Positions 39,197-54,304 of a stretch of DNA of 64,000 nt are shown here, one piece after another (the stretch's first letter is position 1; each line of letters begins with the position of its first letter). The notes under the pieces are model-generated. The model searched no databases. It had not been told where the DNA came from and saw nothing but the letters and a program-made list of their open reading frames with translations. The position numbers and the translations under genes are program-made. The DNA comes from Octopus vulgaris (lineage: Eukaryota): the NCBI GenBank assembly GCA_951406725.2, contig OX597815.1, positions 12,090,001 to 12,154,000 of the forward strand, read 5' to 3'.

Positions 39197-39405
39197 AGAC
39201 GGCAAGATGCCAGAATTGTTACCGCAACGGTCAAAATGCTTAGCGGCATTTCGTCCGTCATTATATTTTGAGCTGATATTCCACCGACGTCTACTGTGAC
39301 TTTAATCCGTTCGGGGTCTATAAAATAAAGTACCAGTATAAATCTGGGCAAGCGGTTTCCCCCTCTCCCAAAATTACTGGGCTTGTGCCAAAATTTGAGA
39401 CCAAT
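39197..39405 (+). mobile_element. Old SINE family A copy (others at 8555+, 17200-, 43790+, 53185-)
   Basis: aaatgcttagcggcatttcgtccgtc..ttcggggtctataaaataaagtaccag..cttgtgccaaaatttga. Confidence 0.7.
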
Positions 39406-39499
39406 ATGTAACATCATTATTTGTTGTTCAGCTACAACGTCATACTTTTCGGTCAATCAGTTTGCATTACCAGATCAAGTACATATGCACAGACGTGTC

Positions 39500-39830
39500 A
39501 TTTTACGCTACTAATTGCAAGAAATTATTATTTCGAGAATAGATGATACACGACACCTGTCGCAGCTACTTCTATGATCCTCCTTAAGCGTCCACGAAAG
39601 CCAGCCATAGTTTAACAAATTTGATCCCAATTAGGAAACAGACTTTGCTCTCCGTACCCCACTCTTCCGTTCGTCACATCTTAATGCTGCGTTTTTAGTG
39701 TGATACTTTTCGCACTCTTCAAAATAGATCGGCATAGTTAGAACATCATTTTATCCATGATATCGCATCAAGTGCGTTAGTTTTCCAAATTTGCACTCGA
39801 ATGTTGCACATCTCCAGATTCAATTGGAGC
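39500..39830 (-). mobile_element. RTE LINE 3' fragment, decayed
   Basis: Minus strand CNIRVQIWKTNALDAISW..LFEE and QIC*TMAGFRGRLRR resemble the RTE C-terminus. Confidence 0.5.
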
Positions 39831-39877
39831 CTATCTCTATATGTCAGTGTCAATTTCTATTAATTGTATATATATAT

Positions 39878-39941
<64 letters not shown>

Positions 39942-40088
39942 TATGTGTATGTACAAGTATTTATCATTTTTGATGATTTATGTTCTAAGAACTAATAACT
40001 TCAACGAATGACTTTGAAATGCTTCAGATATTTGACATTTGATTTTGTGGCCAGACATCAATGTATATATATATATATACATATATAT

Positions 40089-40188
<100 letters not shown>

Positions 40189-40877
40189 ATAAGCAACCGG
40201 TCTAACCTCAGGAAATTAGTAAAGATAAGTGCAGATGCAGACATAGGTGTATACATAAATAGAGAAACACACGAATACACAGCCATACAACTGCGTCCCA
40301 CCACCCGCTACATACATAGACACTTATTATAAATGGAAATGTACTAAAGATAATAAAAAGAGAGAGAACTCTTGTGTCGAAGAGTTTAAGTCTCTGAAAA
40401 CAGTCTAGATGAACAAAAGACAATGTGAAGTATACGGACATGTGAAGGCATTTGCCAAATGCCGCTGGCTGAAATATGTTGAGTGCTTCCATAAAAAAAA
40501 AAAAAAAATTAAAATAAATAAAATGAAAAAAAAAATGAGAAGTAACTGAATATTGCAACACATGGTAAGAGTAGGGTGATGAACGATACAGATATTAATG
40601 CAGCCATTTGCTATTGGCAACAAATAAATAAGTCGACATCTGCCTGGTTACCTGTCTGATTGTCTTTTTTTACTCTATATCTCCCTTTGTCTCCCTCTCT
40701 TTCTCTCACCCCCTCTCTCTCTCTCTCTCTCTCTCTCTCGCTCTCTGTCCTTCTCCTTATATACGCGTGTGTATGCCTGTGTACCTGTTTCTGTAACTAT
40801 ATTACATATCTATCCCTTAATTCAATCACGTGCTTATATCCACCCAACCTTAACCCACCTCTCTCTTTGTGTCTGTG

Positions 40878-41239
<362 letters not shown>

Positions 41240-41399
41240 ACATATATACATACCTACATACATATAAGCGTATAGATGTGTGTGCGTGTGCATGCATGGA
41301 GATTGGTAGATAGATAACTAGATAGAAAGAGAGGGAGCGAGAAAGAAAGAGATAGAGGAGGTATATGCAGGGCGTGTCTCATTCTCTATAATGGTTTTA

Positions 41400-41720
41400 C
41401 TCCAGACCCTGCTGTTCATCATTTAATTATGGTAAATTTTAACATTTGAAACCTAATGGAGACGTCCATAAGTAGCAACTTTGCCCACCAATCTGAAATA
41501 CCCTCCCGCATGAATGATTAAATTATAGATTTTGGCAAGCCTAATCTTTATGTTACTCAGTCGTGAGATTCCACCTGCGTGAAATTGTTGAAAAATAATT
41601 TTGTCGCACACAGCAATTCCGAAAACATAGGCACTTGTATGGTGAAATAATTTCTTTACCTTGACATGCTACCACCATTCATCTCTGATCACAGAATTGC
41701 GTCGTCTACTGACTGAGAGC
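41400..41720 (+). mobile_element. Possible LINE AP-endonuclease remnant
   Basis: LIMVNFN (GDFN-like) and MLPPFISDHRIA (SDH motif). Confidence 0.35.
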
Positions 41721-43732
41721 CCTCTCTATATCTCTAACTCGCCCCATGGTTGGCTTTGGGGTATTACGTATATTACCATATCGTCCTATTGAATACTACA
41801 ATTTAAATTATACCATCTGCCGTTGATCCTCAATTTTCATTTACACAACCTCTATACCTCACATGAAATCTACACTGATTCAATTAACATTGATCTCGAA
41901 ATCGTTCTTCAATAACACCATGTCCGTTTATTTATTTTTCAGCAAGACAAATATAATAACTTCAGATAATCAAGAAAACTGTATCATAGCTCAGCTTGCT
42001 CACATGAGCAGTGTGCAACTGTTGAAGATGAATATCATCACCAGATTTTACTGGTATGTATGATTGTATAGGAAGTCACTCAAATATATCACTAGAGGTT
42101 GTGAAACATAGTTTGCATAAAATAATTTTATTGTTATCCAAGCATGTAATTGTAGAACATGAGAAAAATTACTTATTTAACTTCCTAAATATATACTATA
42201 AGTAGAGTTCCTTGTAAGAATTAAATCCTATCGTCCATCTTGTTTTACAGCCCAAAGAAGCAAGATGCACTGTCGTAATTCCTTATGCTTTAAAAACTAA
42301 AGCTATGCTAACCACAGGGAAATAGATCTCATATCCTGATGCAAAGCCATATTAGAGAATGCAACATTCAAATATCATGATTTTCAGAAATTGAATCTCT
42401 TGGAATTATACTTATTTTAATGTTTTTGTGGAGTTACTGGAACGCTATACAAAATGCAACATATCATATATACGATTTTTAATGTTTAAGAAGTGTACAA
42501 ATTGTGTTTATTTCTTTTATAACGGCATTTTCAATGCAAGCAACAGGAAATGGTACCTACAGGGACAAGCGAGAAAGGACAATGATACGTTATGTCGTAA
42601 AACTAAAACAAAGCCAGGTTAAACATAAAACAATACCAGGATTTATGGCTTCCTTTGGTTTTACATTGTGAACAAGATTCAGTTGAGCTGGGATGTACAA
42701 GAGGATGAGAAATTGGATTAACGTTTATACGCTGGGAATGGGAATCTGTTTAAGGCGTTTGCATTTTTTTATGAGGGTAACACCATATTCTACACCATTT
42801 CAATACACTGATACGTCAAGAATATCAATCAGATCATCTGGAAAGATGAAAAATGCTACATTTTAAACAAATTCTGAACAGAAAGATGAGTATAGGAGGA
42901 TAAAAATTTATTTAGGAGTATCTTTGCGTTTCTGCTCTATTTCTATTGAGGGGACCACGACCTATCTATATGTGTCTGCCTGTCTAACTGTCTCTTTCCC
43001 CTCTCTCCTTTCTCTCTCTTACTACCCTTCTCTTTCCCATCTATTCTTTCCTTTATCTCCCCCTTCCTTTATCTCTCCCCTCCCTTTTCTCTCACTTCCT
43101 TTATCTCTCTGGATTAATATGTGTGTGTTATTGCGTGTGTGTTTGTGTGTGTGTTTGAGATCCACGAAAAGAATCGATTAAAAAATAAAAGGAATTATGT
43201 GTTGATATACACTTGCCATGAGTTAGAACATCGTTATTTAGAGACCCCAATGTAAGTGGTTTTGTGTGAAAAATAATGCAACAAGTGTGGCTGAATAAAT
43301 CTGAGGCAGTCTGCTGAAGTGCCTCTCTGACATATTCAACGACACATACTGCATCATATTTACCACGGAAGCACTTAGATGCAATGTGATTACAATCAGC
43401 TGTAATGGACAATTAAAGTGTTCTAAATTCATTTTTCAACGGATCTTAACATTTAGGTTATTCTTCGAAATACTAACACACTTGTTTTGCTCGTGAGGTA
43501 CGGAGATTTCTCACACCAGTTCCAGTATTTGAATGAAGATAGCCGACAGTTCATGTCGACAGGAAAACATCAAATTCGTAACTTAGCAGGATATCAAGGC
43601 CCAAAGCAATGTCTGTTTCCCAAGCGCCAAACTGTTACACATGCGTGTTCTTACCTCACCTGTCTCTGTGTCTTGTCTTCTGTTTTCTGTACATTTGAAC
43701 TAAACAGACACACGTACACAAACACACACACA

Positions 43733-43777
<45 letters not shown>

Positions 43778-44249
43778 ACACAATAAATTTAAGACGGTGA
43801 GCCTGCCTAATCATTAGCTTGCCGCACAAAATTTTTCACGGCATTTCTTCCGGCTTCACGCTCAGAATTCAAATTGCACCGAAGCTGACATTGCCATTCA
43901 TCCTTTCGGGTTCTATAAGATAAATACCAATTGAGCAGTGGGATACATGTAACTGCTTAGCCCCTCTCTCCAAAAATTCCAAGTCCTGTGCCTGTAGTAC
44001 AAAGCATATATTAAATGATACTATTAGTTAATCCTGCTAATGCATTTTTATTCTTTTTTGTTAAGACTCTTGTAATAAGCTGTTCATTGATCTTGTAAAA
44101 ATTGACGGTATAGTCGTATATGTTTTTATTTATTTCATTTTATTTTAATTTACTTTATTTTTTATGTGAATTTTGTTTCGGTCTCATATTAGATAATTTT
44201 AACATTTTGTTTTGTAATGATGGTCTTAAAAAATTTTAAATTCAAAATG

Positions 44250-44416
44250 TATTTCTTTATTGCCCACAAGGGGCTAAACATAGAGGGATCAAACAAGGAC
44301 AGATATAGGTATTAAGTCGATTACATCGACCCAAGTGCGTGACTGGTACTTAATATATCGACCCCGAAAGGATGAAAGGCAAAGTCGATCTCGGCGGAAT
44401 TTGACCTCAGAATGTT
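44250..44416 (-). mobile_element. SINE family A, 5'-truncated
   Basis: tatttctttattgcccacaaggggctaaac..ggcggaatttgacctcagaa. Confidence 0.9.
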
Positions 44417-44779
44417 GACAATTAAAATTTATATAGGGACGTGTTTCTTAAACTTTAAATAGCATTTCCGAATTGATTTGCGTTTGCGAAAATATTTAGA
44501 AGATGCATTTTCTGAAGAATGATGCATATTCAAGGGATGGGAACTTGCGTGTGGTTTATTGAATCTATTACACGAACGGAATAATGATTTGCATATGCTG
44601 AGGGAGTGTATAGATTTTTCAAATTATAAGCTTTATGCTTAACTTTCATGTGCGTTTATATATTGTTTATCATTTATTATGTGTATTGCTGCGTATAGTC
44701 TAGCATCTAGATATGTTCCAGTGTGTAGGAGAAAAGTGGTATTTAACTTGCATTTGAGCAAACATACGTGGGGTTCGGG

Positions 44780-45073
44780 TGGACTATATACCGTGATAGA
44801 CGACAGATGCGGTTACTGCAATTTCTTCTTGAAACATCGACGAAGATGATTTATTTACGAGGATCAAATGTTTGTGCTGTGTATTAGATCCGTCCCTCAA
44901 GCAAACTGACATTTTCTCTACGGGTGCGCGGTGTGCCACACATAAGATTTCGAAGTGACCGTAGAGCAACGTGAAATGAAGAGTTTTACTAGAGACCCCT
45001 GGCATCACCCGGTCCGTGATACGCAGCCACAAACTCGTTTTCAAACAATACACAAACCAGTAGCTCATGCACC
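44780..45073 (-). mobile_element. Old tRNA-SINE family D (inverse of 62195-62490)
   Basis: atcaaatgtttgtgctg..tcgaagtgaccgtagagcaacgtgaaatgaag aligns to the reverse complement of 62280-62420. Confidence 0.6.
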
Positions 45074-45087
45074 CCCAAAGGTGTGGC

Positions 45088-45532
45088 GAGATCTCTTCGG
45101 TTTGAACGGCAGCTTTTTTCTAGCGGTGTCATATGAAATTGTCACCCACAATTATGACCCTAGTATCGATCTATTGCATTTCAATCTGTTTTAGGGTTAG
45201 GGTTAGATTTAGGGTTAGATTAGGGTTAGATTAGGGATGGGGGGAAGGGTATATTTTTTCTTCAGAAATGTAAATAAACACAATCTGTTTGTTAAACGAG
45301 GGACTTTTTCATACGGCACATAATGTTTTCACCTCAATAGACGTTATTGATTGGTTGAAATTGCAGAAATTGAAGAAAAAAACAACAAATATCTTACAAA
45401 CTATAGAATTTTCTCTATAAAGCCAAGAGAAAAAGATGTTTTATAAACACATTCTACCAGTATACGAAGTTCAAAAGTGCTTAATTACGTGGACATTATT
45501 TTAAAAAACTGCCGGTCAAACCGAAAAGATCC
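45088..45532. mobile_element. MITE with ~29-bp TIRs carrying telomere-like repeats
   Basis: gatctcttcggtttgaacggcagcttttt versus aaaaaactgccggtcaaaccgaaaagatc; TSD gtgtggc (45081-45087, 45533-45539); TTAGGG units at 45191-45236. Confidence 0.88.
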
Positions 45533-45935
45533 GTGTGGCACGCTGTGTGCTTAATTAACAAAGGTCTTTTAAGGTTCGAATTTTGAGTGAAGTTTTTTCC
45601 TAATTTTGCATTTCACCTACTTTATACTGACGTTCGCACCGAGAAGAAGAGGTGAAAAGCGCAGGGCGAGAAACAATTACAATTGCTTAGCAAGAGTATG
45701 GGTTTTTTTAAAGATTATGTGCTATGGTTTATGTTTCAGTGGGGGGAGATTCCAGAATCATATATAGCGGTGTGCAATGTATTATTTGTGCCTTTATATA
45801 TCATTTACCCTGCAGCAAGTATTGCGTACTACTTCTAATTCGTTCCGCACAAAACTTAGCTTACGATATACACACACAAACAAACACATATATGCACACA
45901 CACACACACACTATATATATATATATATATATAGT

Positions 45936-46097
45936 AGTGGCTGTGTGGTAAGTAAAGTAGCTTGCTAACCAACCACATGGTTCCGGGTTCAGTCCCACTG
46001 CGTGGCATCTTGGGCAAGTGTTTTCTGCTATAGCCTCGGGCCGACCAATCCCTTGTGAGTGGATTTAGTAGACGGAAACTGAAAGAAGCCTGTCGTA

Positions 46098-46166
<69 letters not shown>

Positions 46167-46378
46167 TTGTATGTCTGTGTTTGTCCCCCTAGCATTGCTT
46201 GACAACCGATGCTGGTGTGATTATGTCCCCTTTACTTAGCGGTTCGGCAAAAGAGACCGATAGAATAAGTACTGGGCTTACAAAAAGAATAAGTCCCGGG
46301 ATCGATTTGCTCGACTAAAAGGCGGTGCTCCAGCATGGCCGCAGTCAAATGACTGAAACAAGTAAAGGAGTAAAGGAG
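45936..46378 (+). mobile_element. SINE family B, near full length
   Basis: agtggctgtgtggtaag..gggttcagtccc..cttgggcaagtg..gactgaaacaagtaaaggagtaaaggag. Confidence 0.93.
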
Positions 46379-47011
46379 ATATACATATATATATAAAAAT
46401 GTATGATTGCGTGTGTGTGCGTATGTAAACACGCATATACATATGTATATAGATTTATGTGCATTTGTGTAAGTAAATTATATTCTGCGAGTTTGCGGTG
46501 GCGTTTATGAATACAATGTAGTACGATTTGTTTTCGCCTTAGAAGTGTTTGTATTGAAACACTGAAGCGTAACAACAAACAATCACATCGTCTTCATCAG
46601 ATTAACATAGATCTTCATGTTATAATCGTCATTAAAATAAAGCTATACCAACAGGAATTTCACTAAACAATCAATAAGATAAAAACAACACACTAGTCAT
46701 TTTGTTTATATGAAATATATTCCCGATAAAGGTGTGATGCCAACTAAAAACAAACGTATAAACAGCCAACACGTATATGAACAGTGATGTATTCTTAATC
46801 CTTATATCTACCTATGTTATGCCATCAAGATCTGTTTGTGTAACACCTGAATATAAATACGAAGAAGAGGGAGGATTAGAGATAAGAAAGAAACTGAATT
46901 ATCGAAAATTTTCTAGTACGACTTTTAAAATTTTTATTTTTATTTTGTACAGACTAAAATACCGACTCACTCAAACACATATGTATACATACTTGCATAC
47001 GTCCAGATAGG

Positions 47012-47047
<36 letters not shown>

Positions 47048-47428
47048 TCTCTATATATAAACGGCAGTTTGTCTGTGCGTGTTTCTGTGTGTCTGTTTTC
47101 TCGTACCCTCACTCTGACCACGGCTTTCAACCGATTCTGATGAAACTTGACACACACATAGCCCAATGTCATAATTCAAAACTAACGCAGCGAAAATTTT
47201 GAAAAGTTCCCCCAGTTCTGAAAAAAATCGATAAATTCGACATGGGGTCGAGAATGAGAAACCAAACCACAGACCGTCTAGGGGACGCAACTCCACCTGT
47301 TTTAACTCTCAAAAAAATTTACCATCATTTTTTTTCCATTTTTTTGCTATTTTTTGGCTATAACTCTCTAAAAATGCTTTATAGTTATTTCCCTTACAAA
47401 CCTGAGCAACGCCGGGCGATACTGCTAG
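47048..47428 (+). mobile_element. Non-autonomous Helitron-type element
   Basis: 5' TC(tctatatataaa), 3' hairpin plus CTAG|T; last ~120 bp shared with the 33370 element. Confidence 0.8.
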
Positions 47429-47485
47429 TATATATATAAATATGCTTATACATACACACACGCACGCACACACACACACACATAT

Positions 47486-47529
<44 letters not shown>

Positions 47530-47564
47530 GTTTATATACATATGTATATATACATATATTTATG

Positions 47565-47595
<31 letters not shown>

Positions 47596-48279
47596 ATATA
47601 TATACACACACAAACAATGCCAGAATAAGCACATAAAAGCGAAACACGGTGGAAAAAATAGTACTCCAATACCAGAGGTAGAGTTGTATGATTTATATAT
47701 ATATATAGATAGATACACACATCATTGTGTATTATACTATATTATATTATATTATATCATATTACATCACCCATAATATATTGCATTCTCTTATACTATA
47801 GAATTCAAATGAACGAATAGATTCCACGGACATGAGGACGTGCACAAGAAATGCATTAGCTTGATGCTCAGTGATAGGAAAGTGTTTGACGTTACGGGCA
47901 TATTCCTTCATTGGAAATCAGTGAGGTAAATGTCCAAAGAAGCAAAAGAAATCACCAACAGCACGTGTATGTAGTTACATTGCTGAAGGTTGTGCACTTA
48001 CAACCATAAATCGCTCACACATACAGAGCAAAAACACGAACTGTACGTGAAGTACATTTGGAGTGTTCTCTCTGTTTCTCCATATTCCTCCCGCTCTTCC
48101 GAAGTATTTTCATCTCAAACACGATAGCTATGCTGTGGCACTGCCAAATAATTTTTCTAAATCTTAATTAATCATTCTTTAATAGACGGCATTTGGTGAT
48201 TAAGATAATTTGATGTGGTTACTCTCATTAGCGCTTCCTGCCGTGAAATTGGCTCATCTAGGATATTTTGACGACAGGA

Positions 48280-49634
48280 GATCTAGTTTAGTTTTGCAGA
48301 CCTCTACATTCACAGCATGTAGGTCTCTTAGCTACTTACGGAGGAAATTGAAGATATATGAGCCTTTGAATCACAAGCTATAGCAATAACCAGTCCTATA
48401 TTTTCACGGCAACTGAGGATTTTAGGCAGTATGCAATGGCACCCGGTTATGGTGCTGTCTAACATCCAACGCCAAAGTTTGGGACAAGTCCATCTAGAAC
48501 CTTCTAAATGTATATTGCAGTATATGTTTTCCTCTTTAGTTCCAGGGAGTAAAGTACAAATCTTTTGTGTCTTTCCCAGTAACTATATTCCTGAAGACAG
48601 GCCATTTTTTGGTAGCTTCACTGGACTGCTTCGAGTTCTACTATTACAATATATCTGTGCGGTGACCACAGTTCGGAACTATTTTCAAGACAACTTAAGA
48701 CAATCATCCTCCAGAAGACCATCATGTTTTCCTGCTATCTGGGAATTCTAAGAATTCATCTGCTCGGCCGCCTGCATGCTAGTGCCAATTTTGTAATATA
48801 CACATGGAAAATATACACCAGTGCTCATTCCAATGCTGAGGTCATACACAGATTGTGATTTTGGAAATACAGTTCCTCCAATTCCAATATTTTTTGCATG
48901 CACTACAGTTATCTTTGCTGATAGTGTAGGACCTGGAAATTTGCAGTGTTGAACTGTTTGTATTGTCGTCAGCCCACTTTATATTTCATCTAACTCATAT
49001 TGACTGGTGCATGGCATCTTCAAAAATTTGTATTAGCTGTAAAAGTTATGTTAGTCTGGGTTTCTGTGTGGATGACTGTGTAAATCTGAGAGGGCCACTA
49101 TGAACAGTAATCTTTCTTTGAGTGCTTATGCAACTGTTTTAAAAATCAGTCGTAGTGATGTAAGAGCAGGGTCAGGCAGCGTCTTTTTGGTCGGAAACTA
49201 TGCTAGGTTTCAATCAACAAGTAATTTTTTTTCAAGAAACTTGATTTGTTTCTTTCGAACTATCCGTTCCATGACTTTACAGATATGGCATCCACTCTGC
49301 TACCTCCTTTATGAATAGAGAATATTACTCTATCCTTCATCTTGCCTGAAATATTGTTATTTGTAAGAAAACTCGGAGAGACAATAATGGATTAGCTAGG
49401 GCACGTTTACACAATTTTTGAAGGATTGCTGGGAAATCATCAAGATATGTAGTTCAGTTCGAGTTTATTTTTTCTATGACCGTTATCTTGTCTATTTTAA
49501 TATCGATGTAATGAATTACTACTTTCATTCTTTCTTACATCTGCAATGGTAAAAAGAACTCTACAGGTTTCCTGACTTGCCTGTCCCGTAGGTTTGGAGT
49601 AAAATATATGTCTGTGGGATTTATACACACACAC

Positions 49635-49730
<96 letters not shown>

Positions 49731-50100
49731 CGGGGATACAGGTGTGTATGAGTATAGCCTTGGAAGTATGTTTGTATACTCCTGTACATGTTACTCTTCT
49801 GTAGTTGTCAATATGTTTTACGTTTTACTCCAGTTCGTTGGTCCCGAAAGAATTTTTGAGGAGTAGCTAGAATGTTCAAGAAATTTTGTGTAAGATCTTT
49901 TCATATTTTATCTCTATTTCACCCTACTATTGTCACATAATTTTTCTTGCTTTAGTCTTTCAATCACCAACCGTGTGCATCCATTTAAGTTATTTGGCTA
50001 ACATTCATTTATCCCTTTCTCTATTTTTGGGTTTGCGTTAAGAACAATCAATGCTTTGAAATTGTATCAAGCACAAACTGGAGTAACCACGATAATTCTA
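48280..50100 (-). mobile_element. CR1-clade LINE RT region, decayed, split by a (TA)n(TG)n tract
   Basis: HICKVMERIVRK..HSFRPKRRCLT; KWADD; ELWSPH..ELEAVQ; YWER..YSLE..KVLDGLVPNFG; the upstream boundary is uncertain. Confidence 0.8.
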
Positions 50101-51259
50101 TACTGCCTCGGTCTTCTATACTCCATATACAAAGACAAAGTATTATGTATAAATATTTAGAGTTGAATCATTGGTTATACCATGGGTATCTGGTGGTTTG
50201 AGAAGCTAGATTTCTTCATTGGCATTGCCTTTTGAATATACAATTCTCTTTCACAGTGCCGATCATGCACATTAATGCAAATATAAAGGCATGATTTCTT
50301 CTACAGGAAGAAGATTGCGAAACGGCTGTAATCCAAAGGATGTCACGTGTATAAAGAAAAAATTATATCAACCTTTCATACTCCATGACAGTTACGATTT
50401 TCATATTCATATGTGCAATTCTTTTAACTGAAGGAAACAAAAGTCAGATCAGTGTTACGTATTTTTCTCATATTACATACGAAGTTGTGCACTAAAATTA
50501 GAGTTCATTTACTCTTCAGGCATTTTAATTTGAATCCCTATCTGCATATGATAAAATTTCGCCACTTCATGGGCGTGGCAACGACAGGAAGAGACACTAC
50601 TACTCGTTAAACAATTTCAATGACAATTAATCAAAATAAAGCCAGTTAATTACCATACACAGCTCAAAATGCGTTCCTCTCAGCGATAACTCTCTCAGTC
50701 ATTGCTGAGAGGAATATATTTTGAACCGAAGGAAATATTTCACTGAACCCTTTTTTGAACCGAAAAAAAATATTTCACTGAACCCTTTTTGCGGGATTGT
50801 TTCATAAGTTGACTGTGATTCAAATTAAAATGTGTAGAGGAGTAGGTGAATGTTAATTTTATTGCCCTTATTACTTGAATCTCATAACATCGTATGAAAT
50901 ATGAAATAAATGGCCTTCTTTCGCGGAATCGTACAAACCTTTGATTTCACGTGTCTTTTGCCCAATTAAAATAATTATTATTCACTCTGAGTGGATTATA
51001 ACATGTCTACTGGATATACTTACCTTGGACACGCGAAGTGCTCCTTTATAACTAGTGTAACTAATTTTCCTTCTGTTGTTCGATCACCATGACAACCAGG
51101 TCCCTGCATGGAGCACTGATTTGGTGATCGCTTGGATTATATTAATCCACTCAACTATTAGACATGCACACACATGCACATATAAATGCACATACACACA
51201 TACATATATATATACATATATATGCATATATATATACATATATATGTATATATATATGC

Positions 51260-51293
<34 letters not shown>

Positions 51294-53439
51294 TCATGTA
51301 TGTATATAGACATGCACATATGTGCATCACACACACACATGTACGCATATAATGTCTATATAAATATACATTTATCTTAGTGAAAGATAAAGGTTAGTCG
51401 CTTTAGTTTGGTGGAAACTAATAGCGACAATATAATTTCTATTTACTGAAGAAATCTTATTTTCGTTTAGAAAACGAAATTTGCCATCGATGCCATTTAA
51501 CTGTATAGGAATATTTCCTTTCAGAACAGAATCTGATCTCAAAGACAGCATCTCACACACACACACGTGTGTGTGTGTTTGTCTGTATGTGTGTATGAAT
51601 GTGGATGTGCGTGCCTGTTGTGTTAGTATCTGTGTGTGTGCTTCTTTTTTTCCTAATAATTGTATTTCCTTTATAGAGTGAACGTTATTAGATCATAGAC
51701 TGATAGACTGGCAATCTCTCAATTTAGCTTTAATGATGACGATAATAGTGAATATATAGCGTTCTAAAGAGTAGAATTTAGTTGCAAAAATTTTCGACAA
51801 AGCGGACAGTTGATATGAATTGATCTGTTGATGCAAGATATTGATTGAAACTTAGTCTTTACTATGATGTTAGTTCAATGCTACTTGGTAACATTTGCGG
51901 AATTCTCAGTGTGTGAATTTGTTTGTCGATTTGTCGTACACATCGAAGCAGTAATTAGAAAATGAATGTCTTTTCAGCATAAGAGTAATTTTGATATTAA
52001 TAATATCAATAATAATAATAATTGTTATTTTGGCAATATATTCTTTTAATAATAGCAATAAAAATGATATATGATAATAAAAATGTTAGATTTTCATATA
52101 TTTCACTGTATATTACATCAATATATATGAGTATTTCTCAAAACGAATTGATCTCGTGTGATTTTCCTCATAAACACTCCACATTACCAACCCGACCCAC
52201 ACGTTCACACACACATATGCATTCACTTACATACACTTCCACACACACATTCACACACACATTTCCCCTCTAGCATGTATCATTTTTTCCAGACACACTA
52301 TCTTGTCATCTTAAGACACCTACATGTGAACAGTACTCTCACACGCACATTCTCGCACAAATAATCATGTTGACACATGGGTTTTCTGTTATATCGTCTT
52401 CCACATTTTACTACTCCTCTCACAAATTATTCACTATCCGTTGTCCTCCCAAAGATCTTTTGTTCCACACCCGCACACATACACACGCTACTCCCAGCCT
52501 ACCCATCTGCCGTCCCTTTGCACTTCCTACTTTTACACGCACATTTCATTACTTCTACCAACTGGCCCCCTTGACACACCCCACCTTAAACAGGACATTC
52601 AAACACGCGGGCGCGCTCACACCTACACACACACACAAAAAAATCCCCACACAATCGCATATTCACACGAACCGTTATGTTGACACACAGACACCCACTA
52701 CTTATCTTTTCTCAGCACACATTTACCCAGACTCTAACACGCATATATAATGCCATTCATCAAGCCAATCAGTACTTTGAAAAGCTCATGATTTTTCACC
52801 CACACTTATCTCACATTCACACACACATGTTTTTACAGCCGCTCTCATCACATCTTTCATGCCTACACCGACACTTACTCATATTTGCACCCCCGCACCA
52901 GCACACTCTTGTAAATACTTTGTTCTTAGTTCAATTCTACCAATTTTACCTCTCTTTCTCTTCATTCTTCCTTTTAAGACGGTTCCTCTTTCTCCACAAT
53001 TTCCCCTGTACCATGTATTATCTTTTTCCAGCCGTGCATTAGGACTAAATTTTCTATTCTCAAATATTCTCTTTCTTTGCAGACTGTATAACTATCACCA
53101 TTCTTGGTATATCAAACTTGTTTAGATTTTCTGGACGCTTGCGATTCCCTTACATCCGATTGAGGAACGCTCTAAATGCGTTAACTTGACTTGTACTTTA
53201 TTTTACTGACCAAGGACTGATGAAAGGCAAAGTTAACCGTGGCGGGATTAAAATCTAAATGTAAACAGAAGAAATACAGCTAAGCATTCATTCCCACCCT
53301 GTACTGATTCTTCAAGCTTGACTCATGTAAATATATAAAGTGGTGGATCGCATTTGTTTCTGGCTGTTACGTCTAGAGTTCAGACGTGTACTGCGCGCAC
53401 TTTACTCAAGGTAACCGAAGGCAAACTTCCAGAAATGTC

Positions 53440-54023
53440 TCGTTACCATTGATGATGGCCTTCATGAATTCTGGGTCGTGGTTTGCACAGTCTTACATAT
53501 CCTTGAGCGATCTCTATGTGAAGTTGCTTCCTGCTGCTCCTTCGGGACGAATTCCGGTGATACACTCCGCATGATACACTCCGCATGATACACTCCGTTA
53601 AAATAGAATAGACTAATTCTCTTATTATTCCCACTTCGTGAGCAATTTCCCGGATTGTTACACGAGGGTGGTTTTCCATGACGATTCGTCGACACTTCTC
53701 AATCGGCCCTTCGTTTAAGTTTGTGGATAGCATGTCTGAGTATCTACACGGAAGTGTGGCCATATTTACCACTCCTTGATCTCAGATTTTCCCCATGGCA
53801 TCCTCAACTGCCTGCGAAATTTACTCACTGGTTTCAGATTACGTATGAGCAAGGTGTTCAGTAGAAACGAAAGTCCGACGAGTACACCTATCTGCATTCT
53901 ATGCATAACATTCGGCATGCTCAGGAAAGGTAACGTCATCTCTCATCCAAAGAACACTTCCCACACAGCATTAATTGTGACTAGAATAAATAAGATCGGA
54001 TACTTTCTGAAAACGCCTTGTAT
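53440..54023 (-). mobile_element. mariner transposon 5' part (TIR + HTH), decayed
   Basis: RIVMENHPRVTIREIAHEVGI..VYSILTE..MRSVSPEFVPK; terminal tacaaggcgttttcagaaagtatccga; 14-bp triplication at 53558-53597. Confidence 0.8.
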
Positions 54024-54025
54024 CA

Positions 54026-54132
<107 letters not shown>

Positions 54133-54166
54133 TATATATCTACCTATATATCTATCTATAGGGATA

Positions 54167-54208
<42 letters not shown>

Positions 54209-54214
54209 TATATC

Positions 54215-54304
<90 letters not shown>

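Noticed and set aside
43128-43412. 94-aa Cys-containing minus-strand ORF in unique sequence
   Set aside because: No recognisable domain or supporting splice sites
47136-47150. ctgatgaaa here and at 53216
   Set aside because: Chance matches inside a Helitron body and a SINE core; no helices
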